Translations under genes and position numbers: made by a program
Notes under the pieces: model-generated
What the model saw: only the letters and a program-made list of their open reading frames with translations
The model's database searches: none
What the model was told of the DNA's origin: nothing
IMG/VR virus record: IMGVR_UViG_3300030451_003166
Length of the DNA: 64,000 nt
Direction: 5' to 3' (one strand)
Source: an uncultured virus (IMG/VR IMGVR_UViG_3300030451_003166)
Taxonomy: Duplodnaviria; Heunggongvirae; Uroviricota; Caudoviricetes; Crassvirales
Shown: positions 8,123 through 18,837 of the stretch, in pieces
Numbering within the stretch: position 1 is the first letter of the stretch
How the letters are laid out: every line of letters starts with the position of its first letter

Positions 8123-11100
8123 TGATTATTAGTTAGTTCTATTATTTTACTAACTCTATCTGACTCAAGTTTCAACGCTTTTATTTCTTTAGATGTTAAT
8201 CCAAGATCTTTAAGTTTATCAACTTGTTGTTTTTTGTTTAGGTCAAAGAGTTCTATTTTTTGTTGTACTACTTTTAATTTTTCTTTATCTTTAACTATTT
8301 CTTTTGCTTTTTCTTCTGTAACGCCTTCTATTTTTTGAACGTCTTTTACCATCTTCATTTCTTTTCTAGCCTCTTCAACTCCAGTTGTTTCTACACCAAC
8401 ATCCCAAGTATTCCAACCCATCATTAAAGCTATACGTTGCCAAGCTTCGTTGTCAGAGTTAGCCGCCTCACGTATATTGCTTATTTTGTTAACAACCCTG
8501 TCTAGTGGTACATTAGTTAAAGAAGAAACAACTCCACCTATAGTTTCCCAAATAGGATTGTCTAAAGTATTCTTAGGCATGTATTGTATCTCATCTTTAT
8601 TATACTTATATGTATCTAAAGCAGATTTAAGCTTTCTAGCTTTTGACCCAACAGGTGGAGATAAATTTAAAAAGTCTATAACAATTTTATCATAATCAGC
8701 GTTACCCTTTTTAGCATCTTCTTCTCTAAAACGTATTATCATATTTTTTAAAGTAGACACAACAGCACCAGCAACACCAGAACCACGTAGTATTGAGTCT
8801 GCCATACCGTTTAGTAATGATAACTCTTTTTTCTTTTGTTGCTCTTTATCTTCTTCTTCATCGTCATCAAACATAAATTTAAACATTGCTTTTTGTAAAG
8901 CTGAGAATATCATGTTTTGCACAGCGCCGTAATAAATTATTTTAGATATATGTGTTTTAGCATCACCTCTACCGTTTACTAAATCAAGTGCAGCTTTCTT
9001 CATTAACCTAGTATACTGCATAGGTGTATTTTGAAACGCTAGTATAAGTCTACCTAATGGTGAAGCTTGTTGTTGTGATATTAAATCAGGTCTTGAAGAC
9101 TGTTGTGTTTCTTCTGCTATTTGTTGAAAATCATTAAATGCTTGTTTTTCAGCATCAGCCTCTGACATACCTTGTTTCATTAAAGACTTAACTCTATTTC
9201 TATAAAACGTAGCACCACCACTAGCAATAGCAAAACTATCAGCAATTTGTGTAGGAGTAAAACCTAGTCTTAATAGTTTTTGAAACACTGCTTTAGCTGG
9301 GTTAGCAGAATTTGCAGCTGCCTGAGCTAGCTCGTTATGGCTAACAGAGGTTCTTAAACCTTGACGTCTTTGCTTTAACATATCTGAATTAAAAAGAGTA
9401 AGAAAATCTTTCCAGTATTGTTTTTGATTAGCAAATGCGGCAGCTGCTTTAAGTGGGTTGTTATCACTCCAGTTTACAAAGTTTACAGCTGACAATGTTT
9501 GTAAAGCTGCAGATCTCATGTTAAAAAACATTATAGCACCAACAGAGTTGTTAACCCAGTTAGCAAATCTATTAGTTAATCTGTTATTACCAAAAGACCT
9601 ATTAGTACCATTCTCCATACGCCATAACATATCTTCAAGCGCTTCTCTAAATCTAGTACCATATATGGCTTCTATTTTATTCATGTTTGGACCAACTAAC
9701 TTACCACCTTTCCACTCACCAAATATCTCGGCTCTATTTTGTTTAAACTCATCTAGTAAATCTGATCTTCTTGTTTCAGCCAAACTATTTAAATCAGATG
9801 ATATATCGTCTGACATCCAGTGGTCCGTAGGTTCTGGATAACCTTTAGTTATGCTTTCTAAACCTTGAGCAAGAGCTAAAAGTTCTGGGTTAGACTCTAC
9901 GGCTTTTATTAAAGCTCTTTGATCTGATTTTGATAAACCGTCGATCTCAACTCCATTTTTTGCCCATATATAAGTTCTTACAGCTGTGTCGTAAGTAAAG
10001 TCCCCACTTGGTATGTTCTTTGTTAGTAACTTTCTAGCTTCAGGAAAAGATTTTATTAACGCTTTGTAATCATTACCTAGTCTTTGTCTAAGTCTAGATA
10101 CTTCTCTATCAGCTCTAGCAAAAGGATCTATTAAAGTTTCTTTAAAAAACTTCATGTCTTGCTCTCCTTGTTTGCCTTTACCTAAAAAGCTATATAGTAA
10201 ACCTTTAAAGTCGTCAGCGCTAGGAGGTATAAAAAACTTAAATCTACCTTTGTTCGCACCACGTTTTCTAGCTTTAGCATCTGAGAACGTAGCAAACCTA
10301 CTCACACCCGTTTTGTTTTCTATCATTTTGTTAAAAGTATCAGAAGCTTTACTAAACATCGTTAGTTTAGCTTGTTGTACTTTTGACTTAACATCAAACT
10401 GATCGAGCATATTTTTAACAGCTTGTACGTTTTGTAACGCATCATCTGCAAAGTAAAAGTCATTATAACCTTCACCAACTTTATCTGCTATCCACAAAGC
10501 TTTTGCTTCAGATGTACTGTTACCTAAACCTGTTATGTTTTCTATAGGTAAGTCTAAACCGTGAGCTTTTAAAAACGCTTGTATAGGACCTGCAGCTGCT
10601 TGTGGTCTAGCTGTTAATACAAACATATCTTTAGTTCCGTATTTACCAGCTAACTTCATAGCTTTATTAAATAACGGTGCTGTTTTACCGTCAACAACTT
10701 CGTTAAATTCTGAGAAGTCCCACTTATAACCTTGCTCTGATAATTCTACATAATCTCTAGCATACTCTTCAGCATTTAAAGATCCTTTAGTACCATCTGG
10801 TTTTGTGTAACGTATTCTAGATTTAGTTGTAGCAAGTGTATCATCAAAGTCTAGTACTGTAATACCTCTAGGCTCTTTAACTACTCTAGAAGCTTCTATA
10901 GCTTTATCTACTATACTATTTTTTCTATTAGTTTCAGCATTAGAATCACTTGCTTTTGAAAAGTATAAACTACCTTTATAGCTAACAGCTTTAGCATTGC
11001 TTTTTCTTACTCTAGCTTGCTGCTTTTTGTCAAACACAAAGTTAGATCCTATTACTTCTCCTGTTGACAATTGTTTCATTTCTAAATCAAACTCACCAAG

Positions 11101-14100
11101 CTCAGGGTTGTAATATCTTACTATACTAGGTGTTTTTGCATCAGCATAAACGGGTAATGTTGATTTATACAACTTGTTAACCATATTGTCAAACTTGATA
11201 GGTAGGTAAGCTACTTTGTAACCGTCCATCATATCATTAAAGTTTGTAAGGTTTTCTTGTGATGGATTAATTATATAATTTAAAGCGTTTAAGTTAACTT
11301 GTAACGCGGGTGTCATGTGTTCTAGTCTATACTCTCCTTTGTAGTTTGCATCTTTACCAGTTGGTATAAAATCTAAAACCGCAGCCATTCTAGTTAAACC
11401 TTTTGGATTAGAATTAAAAGCTTGTAACAAAGCAACAACATCACTTTTTGAAAGCTCTTTGTTTTGGTACATGTTTTTAATCTCTTCAACAACCTGTCTC
11501 ATTGCTTGATTATGATCTTGACCGTCTTTAACAACTCTACTCATTGTTTCTTGAGAAGGTAATCCTTTTCCTTTTTGAGGAGGCTTTGACGTTTGCGAAG
11601 CTGGACTATCATAATCAGTACCAACAACTCCAACCAAAGTTCTTATATCGTTTGTTTTACCAAAACTAAATCTATTTGTTTTCTTAGATGGTGGATTAGG
11701 GTTTATTTCAAACTCAGTTACACTACCATCTTTGTAAACTCTTACACCGGTACCTGTTCTACTGTTTATAGATAAACCTGGAACTATATACTTTGCCACA
11801 AACTTTTTAGGAAATTTTTTGGCTAGTTTTTTAGCTGCAGCTCTTGCAGACTGTTCTCCAGAAACCGTTGTTAGTCCATCTACTTTTTCTCCTACAATAC
11901 TTTCATAGCTAGCTTTGTCGTTAGTTACATCAGAAGTATATTGTTTAACTATAAGATCAGCTATAGTGTTACCGTCAAAACTATAACTAGGTGGTATTGT
12001 TTTACCACGAGTCATTCTATCATGTATAGGTTGTAACGTGGTAGCTACTTTTTCTATTAACTGTTCTGTTGTTTGTCTAGGTAAGTCATAAGTACCATTT
12101 TCTATGTCATCAGCAAACTTTGTTTTTAAAGCTAACTCTATGTTACCATCAGAAACTTTTATATCTGTGCCATTTATTCTAGCCATTTTATCTAAAAATC
12201 CTATATGATCTGAAGGATCTAGTTTTGATAAAGCAGCTTGACTAAACATAGCATCAGACTTACCATCTCCTAGTAAAACTATTCTAGCGGCTACGTCTTT
12301 ATCTTGAGCTGTGTTCATTTTATCTAGCTCTTGTCTTACAGTTTGGTTTGTCACAGCTTTACCAACCTCGTCCATTAAACCAGATATTAACGTTGCTGGG
12401 TTTTGACCTTTTACTTGACTAAGCTCACCTTTAACAACACCAAAAGCCTCAGCAAATTCAGCTGGTGATATTTTGTTTTTTATCTGTGGAAACAAACCTG
12501 CACCACCTTCTTTTTTATCAAACTTAACTCTTTTATCACTTTTTGTGTAAAAGTTTTTAGCTATAACTTGTTTTAAACCAGTAGCTGTACCAGAAGCGGT
12601 AACACCTAAAGGCAGGGCGTTATATATAGATTCTGCGTTTTTACCTATAAATAATCTAGCTCTAATAACATCATCGTTCTTTAAAGTTTTTGTAGGTGAT
12701 GTGTAGTTTTCAATAGACTTAATACCAAATACTTCTGCTATTTCAGGTGCTACTAGGTTTTTTAACGTTTTATAATTTAAGTCAGATATATTTTTTAACT
12801 TACCGTCTATTTCTATTTGATCACCTTTTATTAACGATCTTACTTTCTTTTGTATTTTACTGATTTGCTCAGGCGTTGCTATTCTATTTAATAATACCAT
12901 GCCTGGTGTATTTTCGTTTACAGGACCAGTTTCTTCAGCTGTTAACTCTGCAGCTTGATCTAAACTAACTGCTCCACCTAAACCACCTTCATCAACGGTT
13001 GACTCAATACCTAAATCACTAGCTAGTCTGTTTGCTCTAAGATTTAATCTATTACTAACAAACTTATCAAGATCTTGCTTAGTAGCATCGTACTCTCTTT
13101 CAACTAGTCCAGCTGCTATTGAAGTCAACTCGTTCATGAAACGACCTCTTGTAATTCCTTTTCTTAAATTTTGTGGTATAGGATCAAATAATCTCTTTGT
13201 TATTGTTTCAACTATAGGCGCAACCTCTTGACCAAACCTAGATCTTACAAACGGATTATCAACGTAACTACCATCAGGGTTTTTTAAATCAAAAACACTT
13301 TTACCATCTTTTGTTTCACCGACGGTTTTGTTAATCATGTTTCTTTTGTTACCATCAAACTCGTCTAATAGACCACTTAAGTTACTAGGCTTTGAAGCTA
13401 AAAGTGCTTTACCAGCGGGCGAGTCTGGATCTACTCCATTTTGAGCTAATAAGTTTCTTCTTTCTTCTATGCTTTCTTCAAGAGCTATTTCTCTAACACC
13501 GTCGCTGTCTATTAGCTTTTGCATTTTACCACCTATTTTAGCTCCTTTGTCTAATACATCTCGTTGTGCTTGTGTTAAGTTACCTTCTTTTATAGATTTG
13601 TTATAGTCTTTTACAAAATTAAAAACATCTTTACCTGTATTAAATTTAACAGGCATACCTATTTTTTGAAGTTGTCTTCTAAATATATCACCAAGCTTTG
13701 TCATTGGTCCCTCACTGAAGGTCATATCACCACTAACAACAGCATCTGACAATAGCGTCATAACTTCTTGAAACTGTTGGCTACTAGGTTTATCTCCGTA
13801 GGTAGCTAATCTATTATACATTTCACTATCAATAAAGTCTTCGCCTTTTTGCTGTTTAACCCATTCAAATAAACTACCTCCAATAGCTATCGCTTTCTTT
13901 TTATCTATTTGTATATTACCATCTCTATCTCTAAGTATGTTACCATCAGCATCTGTAGCAGCAAAGGTTGTTTGCATCATGTCATGTAAAAACTCATGTG
14001 CAGCTACATTAACTCCAGCACCACCTTCTTGAGAAAAAGACTTGTTTAAAACTAAAACTTTGTTACCATTTTTATCTGTTAAGTATGTACCGTAAACACC

Positions 14101-17100
14101 TTGAGCAGCTTCAGACCTTTGTTCTTGGCTATATCCATTTTCTTCTAGCCATTTGTCTATTTTTTCTATAGCACTACCGTCTTGATCGTCTTCAAACTCT
14201 TTAACAGTTCTAGTCTTACCTTGTGAATCAGTTGTTCCGTTAATCATATTTTTCACGTTTTCAACTGTTCTTTTGTAAATCTCTTTTTGGTTTCTTTGCA
14301 CAGCAGAGTCTTCTATCTTAGCATTAATATCATCTAACTGTTTATCAATTGCTTTATGAAAACTAGGATCTTGATTAGCTTTTAACTGCTCTAATCTCAT
14401 TTTTTCAACTAGCAACTCTAACTCATCTTCAGTAACTAGTTCTGGTGCTACGTTAAGTGCTGCTTTAAAATTGTTTATGTAGTTTTTAGCATTGAGTAAT
14501 TGTTTTAATTGCTTGTCATACTCTTGCATGGCATCAGTATCGTTTTCTTGACCAGCTTTTTCTATACGCTTTTCAATTTCACGTATTGAAGTATTTAATT
14601 GTTTTAGTACAGGTTCAGTGTTACCTTTAAGTTTAAGCATTGCTGCGTTTCTAAAGTTTTTGTAATCTCTTTTAGCACCGACAGCACCCATACCACCTGA
14701 TAACCATATAGTGTCATGTATTAATCTAGAGTGGTTTTTCCAATCAGTAAAACCTTTAGCATGCTCTAAACCAAAAGCACCTTGTGTTAACGACTCTAAA
14801 GCAAATTCAACTTCTTCTTCAAGAACTTCTTTAAGTACATTACCAGCCCAGTTTTTAGCAACATACTTCATACCAGCTTTTGTGGTTATATTTTTCAAAG
14901 CCTCTTTCAAAGCATTTTTAGCACTTGCACTTCCAGCTCCAGTTAAAAAATTAGAGTCAGGCATTATCATCTGTGACATACCTATAGTACTACCAACAAT
15001 AGTACCATAAGCTAAAGCTTGATTATCACTTAAGCCCATTCTTTTACCTTCTATAACATTATCTTGAGCTGTTAAGTTAAAACCAGTTACAGCTAAAGGT
15101 AAGTTTTCTATAAGCTTTTTACCTAAAGGACCACTAAACATTGCTCCTGGGTTTTTTATTATTTCTTTTCCACCACTAGCAGCAATAGCTAACATAAAAG
15201 GAAGTCCTTGAGCAATAGCTCTAGTACCTTTATCTAATACACTCATGTCGCCAGGGTTGTAATCCTCATCTCTAGCAACACCAACTAAATCATAATTAGT
15301 ATACTTCTCATACATGTCTTCTAAGAAGTCTAATCTATCATACTGATTTGGATCATCTGCAAAATCACCAAACGCAGCACTTAAGGCTTGGTTAGCTAAC
15401 AACGGTGTACCTGTAGCCCATTTTAAAGCTGTTTGACCAAGACCTTGACCAAACAACGCCCAAGCGTCTTTATCAAATATAGAGTATTCTATCTTGTGTC
15501 TTTTTCTCCACTCTTCGTACCTGTCTATGTTTACATAATCGTTTTTAAACTTCATGAAACCATCAACAATTTCTATACCGTATTTAGCCTTCGTTGCATC
15601 AACTTGTGTTTGTACTATATCAGATCTTTTAGTAAAGTCTTTTACTTGACCTTTATGCTGTTCTAATCTACTGTTAAAGTTCTCAGACTCTTGCTTTAAA
15701 GCATCACCTTCTTTCATTAACTCTTCATAAGTAGAGTATGTATTTTGAATGTTTTCTGTTAAACCGTTATACTTACTTAATAAGCCTTCGTATTTTTTAA
15801 TCTTATTATTATACTCGTTAACTTCTTCTTGTGTTGTTGGTTGAGCAGATTGATCTATTTCATTGTACAAGCTTTGTAACTCAGCCTCTAAATTTGTTTT
15901 TTGTGCTTGCTGTGTTTCTAGTTGTTCTATAACAGGGTTCATTCTTGCGTTAAAAACCTCTGTTCTACTCTGTAGTGATTGAGCTTCTTTTTCTAAGTTT
16001 GTAGATGTTACTTCTAAACCTTCAAACTCTTGCTCTAATAATCTTGACTGTTTAACAGCATCTCTGTTTTCTTGATTAAAAAGCTTTGTTTTTATTTTAT
16101 TAATGTGAGCTTGTTTCTTTTCATCGTTCCAAATACTACCGTCAACTTCAACCGCTTTGTCACCACGTACAGTTAAACCAGCTAAAGCTTCTATTTCTTC
16201 CATGCTTAAACCATCTAGCAATTTCCACTCGTCATCGCCTATATATTTTTCTAAGTCAACATCTGCATCTTTAAATTGACCACTACCATAACCATCTGCT
16301 ATAGATTTTTTAAGATTTGCTATAGCCGCGTCTCTTATTTCTTTTGTTCCTCTTGTTGTTCTTGAACCATATTTAATGCCACCTACGTTTTCTTCTATAA
16401 TTCTTCTTTCAGGAAGCGAAAAGTTTCCGTTTATATAGCTGTTAACTCTTTTGTCAACTTGCTCAGCTATTTGTTCTTCAGTTAAATCTGGTTGGTTTTG
16501 TTTTAAATAACTCTCATAGTTTTTAGCAACCTCACTAACTTCTGAGTTATACTTTTCTAACAGCTCGTCTTGCTTTCTATAATTTTGATCAAACTCATTG
16601 TCGAGTTTCTGTTCTTTTAAAACACTCAACTCTTGCTCAGCTTTCAGCTTTTCTTTAGTTGGCCCAGTTGAATTTTCAATAATTTCTTCAAGATTTTTTA
16701 TGTCTTTATCAATTTGATTTTCAAAGCCAGGTATAACAAGATCTTCAGGGTTAATCTTTTCAACTTTTTTACCTCTACTTTCAACTATGTCTTTTCTACT
16801 TGTTTGAACCCAATTACTAATACGGTTCATTATCATGTCAGGACGTTTCTTTAGTAGACTAGATCTTATTTGAAGTTTTCTACCATTAGCATCAACTAAC
16901 TCTATTTGGTCATCACTTCCCCACTCATCAATAATGTTTACTGTTATACCTTCTTTTTCGTAAAACTTTTCTAAGTTTTGTTTGTATATCTTTTCTTTGT
17001 CATCAAACAACCCTTCACCTTTACTCATCTGATCAAAAGTAATGTGTGCACTCTTTAGCATGTTTTGATCTTCTTGCTCTTGTTTTACCTTTTTGCTTTG

Positions 17101-17526
17101 TTCAATATTAGCGTTTACTTCTTGTTGGGTTTGGTGTACTACGTCTTCTTTTTTCTGACCTTTTTTTATAAAAGTGTAACCTCCCGTATTTGGATTGTAA
17201 ACCGCATTTGGGTTCTTCATCATTCTTTCATGATAAGCTCTTTGTTTAGGGTCTGTGATTTGTGATAAGTCTACTTGGGGTTGTCCTGAAGAGGTTACCT
17301 CAGGATTAGATTGAGAGCTTACTTTGTTAGGAGCAGGCTTAACAACTTTAGGTGGAAAGAACTGTTTTACAAATTCATCTTCCGATTTAGTGTAAGTACC
17401 ACTAGCAACTAAAGTTTCGTAAAGGGCATTTTGTTTTTCACGCGTAGAAAACTGTGACTCAAAGTCTTTGTACGATTTTGTATAAGATCCGGCACTAGTT
17501 AACGCAGCATATAGTTTTTGTGACAT
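8119..17526 (-). CDS. giant internal virion/ejection polyvalent protein (3135 aa) with coiled coil, zincin HEFLH, sigma-like segment and HAD domain
   Basis: Position after tail genes; coiled coil; AAHEFLH; VLDFDDTL...VLTARP...YFADDA HAD motifs. Confidence 0.65.
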   Translation of the reverse strand: MSQKLYAALTSAGSYTKSYKDFESQFSTREKQNALYETLVASGTYTKSEDEFVKQFFPPKVVKPAPNKVSSQSNPEVTSSGQPQVDLSQITDPKQRAYHERMMKNPNAVYNPNTGGYTFIKKGQKKEDVVHQTQQEVNANIEQSKKVKQEQEDQNMLKSAHITFDQMSKGEGLFDDKEKIYKQNLEKFYEKEGITVNIIDEWGSDDQIELVDANGRKLQIRSSLLKKRPDMIMNRISNWVQTSRKDIVESRGKKVEKINPEDLVIPGFENQIDKDIKNLEEIIENSTGPTKEKLKAEQELSVLKEQKLDNEFDQNYRKQDELLEKYNSEVSEVAKNYESYLKQNQPDLTEEQIAEQVDKRVNSYINGNFSLPERRIIEENVGGIKYGSRTTRGTKEIRDAAIANLKKSIADGYGSGQFKDADVDLEKYIGDDEWKLLDGLSMEEIEALAGLTVRGDKAVEVDGSIWNDEKKQAHINKIKTKLFNQENRDAVKQSRLLEQEFEGLEVTSTNLEKEAQSLQSRTEVFNARMNPVIEQLETQQAQKTNLEAELQSLYNEIDQSAQPTTQEEVNEYNNKIKKYEGLLSKYNGLTENIQNTYSTYEELMKEGDALKQESENFNSRLEQHKGQVKDFTKRSDIVQTQVDATKAKYGIEIVDGFMKFKNDYVNIDRYEEWRKRHKIEYSIFDKDAWALFGQGLGQTALKWATGTPLLANQALSAAFGDFADDPNQYDRLDFLEDMYEKYTNYDLVGVARDEDYNPGDMSVLDKGTRAIAQGLPFMLAIAASGGKEIIKNPGAMFSGPLGKKLIENLPLAVTGFNLTAQDNVIEGKRMGLSDNQALAYGTIVGSTIGMSQMIMPDSNFLTGAGSASAKNALKEALKNITTKAGMKYVAKNWAGNVLKEVLEEEVEFALESLTQGAFGLEHAKGFTDWKNHSRLIHDTIWLSGGMGAVGAKRDYKNFRNAAMLKLKGNTEPVLKQLNTSIREIEKRIEKAGQENDTDAMQEYDKQLKQLLNAKNYINNFKAALNVAPELVTEDELELLVEKMRLEQLKANQDPSFHKAIDKQLDDINAKIEDSAVQRNQKEIYKRTVENVKNMINGTTDSQGKTRTVKEFEDDQDGSAIEKIDKWLEENGYSQEQRSEAAQGVYGTYLTDKNGNKVLVLNKSFSQEGGAGVNVAAHEFLHDMMQTTFAATDADGNILRDRDGNIQIDKKKAIAIGGSLFEWVKQQKGEDFIDSEMYNRLATYGDKPSSQQFQEVMTLLSDAVVSGDMTFSEGPMTKLGDIFRRQLQKIGMPVKFNTGKDVFNFVKDYNKSIKEGNLTQAQRDVLDKGAKIGGKMQKLIDSDGVREIALEESIEERRNLLAQNGVDPDSPAGKALLASKPSNLSGLLDEFDGNKRNMINKTVGETKDGKSVFDLKNPDGSYVDNPFVRSRFGQEVAPIVETITKRLFDPIPQNLRKGITRGRFMNELTSIAAGLVEREYDATKQDLDKFVSNRLNLRANRLASDLGIESTVDEGGLGGAVSLDQAAELTAEETGPVNENTPGMVLLNRIATPEQISKIQKKVRSLIKGDQIEIDGKLKNISDLNYKTLKNLVAPEIAEVFGIKSIENYTSPTKTLKNDDVIRARLFIGKNAESIYNALPLGVTASGTATGLKQVIAKNFYTKSDKRVKFDKKEGGAGLFPQIKNKISPAEFAEAFGVVKGELSQVKGQNPATLISGLMDEVGKAVTNQTVRQELDKMNTAQDKDVAARIVLLGDGKSDAMFSQAALSKLDPSDHIGFLDKMARINGTDIKVSDGNIELALKTKFADDIENGTYDLPRQTTEQLIEKVATTLQPIHDRMTRGKTIPPSYSFDGNTIADLIVKQYTSDVTNDKASYESIVGEKVDGLTTVSGEQSARAAAKKLAKKFPKKFVAKYIVPGLSINSRTGTGVRVYKDGSVTEFEINPNPPSKKTNRFSFGKTNDIRTLVGVVGTDYDSPASQTSKPPQKGKGLPSQETMSRVVKDGQDHNQAMRQVVEEIKNMYQNKELSKSDVVALLQAFNSNPKGLTRMAAVLDFIPTGKDANYKGEYRLEHMTPALQVNLNALNYIINPSQENLTNFNDMMDGYKVAYLPIKFDNMVNKLYKSTLPVYADAKTPSIVRYYNPELGEFDLEMKQLSTGEVIGSNFVFDKKQQARVRKSNAKAVSYKGSLYFSKASDSNAETNRKNSIVDKAIEASRVVKEPRGITVLDFDDTLATTKSRIRYTKPDGTKGSLNAEEYARDYVELSEQGYKWDFSEFNEVVDGKTAPLFNKAMKLAGKYGTKDMFVLTARPQAAAGPIQAFLKAHGLDLPIENITGLGNSTSEAKALWIADKVGEGYNDFYFADDALQNVQAVKNMLDQFDVKSKVQQAKLTMFSKASDTFNKMIENKTGVSRFATFSDAKARKRGANKGRFKFFIPPSADDFKGLLYSFLGKGKQGEQDMKFFKETLIDPFARADREVSRLRQRLGNDYKALIKSFPEARKLLTKNIPSGDFTYDTAVRTYIWAKNGVEIDGLSKSDQRALIKAVESNPELLALAQGLESITKGYPEPTDHWMSDDISSDLNSLAETRRSDLLDEFKQNRAEIFGEWKGGKLVGPNMNKIEAIYGTRFREALEDMLWRMENGTNRSFGNNRLTNRFANWVNNSVGAIMFFNMRSAALQTLSAVNFVNWSDNNPLKAAAAFANQKQYWKDFLTLFNSDMLKQRRQGLRTSVSHNELAQAAANSANPAKAVFQKLLRLGFTPTQIADSFAIASGGATFYRNRVKSLMKQGMSEADAEKQAFNDFQQIAEETQQSSRPDLISQQQASPLGRLILAFQNTPMQYTRLMKKAALDLVNGRGDAKTHISKIIYYGAVQNMIFSALQKAMFKFMFDDDEEEDKEQQKKKELSLLNGMADSILRGSGVAGAVVSTLKNMIIRFREEDAKKGNADYDKIVIDFLNLSPPVGSKARKLKSALDTYKYNKDEIQYMPKNTLDNPIWETIGGVVSSLTNVPLDRVVNKISNIREAANSDNEAWQRIALMMGWNTWDVGVETTGVEEARKEMKMVKDVQKIEGVTEEKAKEIVKDKEKLKVVQQKIELFDLNKKQQVDKLKDLGLTSKEIKALKLESDRVSKIIELTNNQ

Positions 17527-17535
17527 ATTATTTTA

Positions 17536-18834
17536 TTATAAATCGTCGTATTGACCAGTTGTTCTCTTTTTATCTTTCTTGTTTCTATATTGTTTTCCTA
17601 CGGCTGCACTAAAATACGTAGCCATAATACCTCTAGTTCTTTCTTCATCAAAGTTATCATTTTTAGGATTTATTAAAGCATCTATTATTTGATCTTTAAA
17701 GCCAGAGCTCAAAAGCGTTTGTTTTTCTTCTGCACTAATCTTACCATCTCCATCATCTTGAAAAGAAGAATCTACTTTTCCATCACCATCCGTGTCTATT
17801 TCTAAAACGCCATTATTCATTGTTATACCTAAAGACTCGTATGTCATGTTCTCTATTTCTGGATTATCTGCTATGTTTTGAGCAAAAGAACCTCCGTCTT
17901 CTAACACGTCATCATATAACAAAGAATTTAAATTACCTTTCTTTATTATAGTATTCATTTTAGAAGTAGTCCTAACAGCATCATAATCATCTTCAAGGTA
18001 ACCAGATCTATTTTGCGTAATAGCTTCGTCACCAGCTTGTATTATTAAATCTCTAATATCAGCTATAGACTTACTATCAGTTGTATTTTCTTTTAGTATG
18101 TTTTGAATATCTGAGTTACTAAACTCAACCTCTTCCATTATAGGCTCTCCATTTTCATCATTTTCACCAGTAGGTATTTGAGATGTGTATATAAACGACT
18201 TTGTTTCAGGGTCATATCTTTGTGTTGTTTCTTTGTTTAAAAAAGCTTGTAGTTTTAAATATTCTGGACTACTAGGACTTATATTTGCACTTAAATCTTT
18301 TTGATCTAGAGCTAAAGCAACGTCTTGATTAAGTTCTTTTAAACCACCAACACCGACACTAAACTCATTTAGCTGTTGCATTATTGTTGCTTGAGCTTTT
18401 TTATCATTATTTTTAACAGCCTCTATATATTGTTTTTGAAGATCTTCTGTATGTGGATAACAACTATTAAACGTGTTTTCACCCAAAGCACCACCAGTAG
18501 CTAAACACTCTTGAACTATACCATCTGTTTTTTCTTCAGCTGCTTTTTCTATTTGCTTTTTTTGAGCGGCTCTAGCGTGCAACCCACTAACTAAGTCATT
18601 ACTAATATTCATTAAAGTATCAAAACCTCTACTACTAGCGTAGTTAGCAGCTTCTGACATTTTAGCGTTAGTATATGCTTGAACTAATCCAGAATCCATC
18701 TGTTTTAAAGGGGATTTTTTTGGCTTAGTATGATTATAACCTTTTTTCTTTAAATCAAGATGTTCTTGGTATGTTTTAGCCATAACAGCTTTATCACCCT
18801 TGTACATCATGTGTTTTTCAAATTTATCTTTCAT
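17536..18834 (-). CDS. putative internal virion protein with EF-hand-like loops
   Basis: Between ejection-type genes; DTDGDGKVD and DDGDGKISAEE; N-terminal KKSPLKQ. Confidence 0.5.
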   Translation of the reverse strand: MKDKFEKHMMYKGDKAVMAKTYQEHLDLKKKGYNHTKPKKSPLKQMDSGLVQAYTNAKMSEAANYASSRGFDTLMNISNDLVSGLHARAAQKKQIEKAAEEKTDGIVQECLATGGALGENTFNSCYPHTEDLQKQYIEAVKNNDKKAQATIMQQLNEFSVGVGGLKELNQDVALALDQKDLSANISPSSPEYLKLQAFLNKETTQRYDPETKSFIYTSQIPTGENDENGEPIMEEVEFSNSDIQNILKENTTDSKSIADIRDLIIQAGDEAITQNRSGYLEDDYDAVRTTSKMNTIIKKGNLNSLLYDDVLEDGGSFAQNIADNPEIENMTYESLGITMNNGVLEIDTDGDGKVDSSFQDDGDGKISAEEKQTLLSSGFKDQIIDALINPKNDNFDEERTRGIMATYFSAAVGKQYRNKKDKKRTTGQYDDL

Positions 18835-18837
18835 AGT

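Noticed and set aside
8119..17526. crAss-like virion RNA polymerase
   Set aside because: No recognisable DxDxD catalytic motif in RNAP context; DFDDT belongs to a HAD motif
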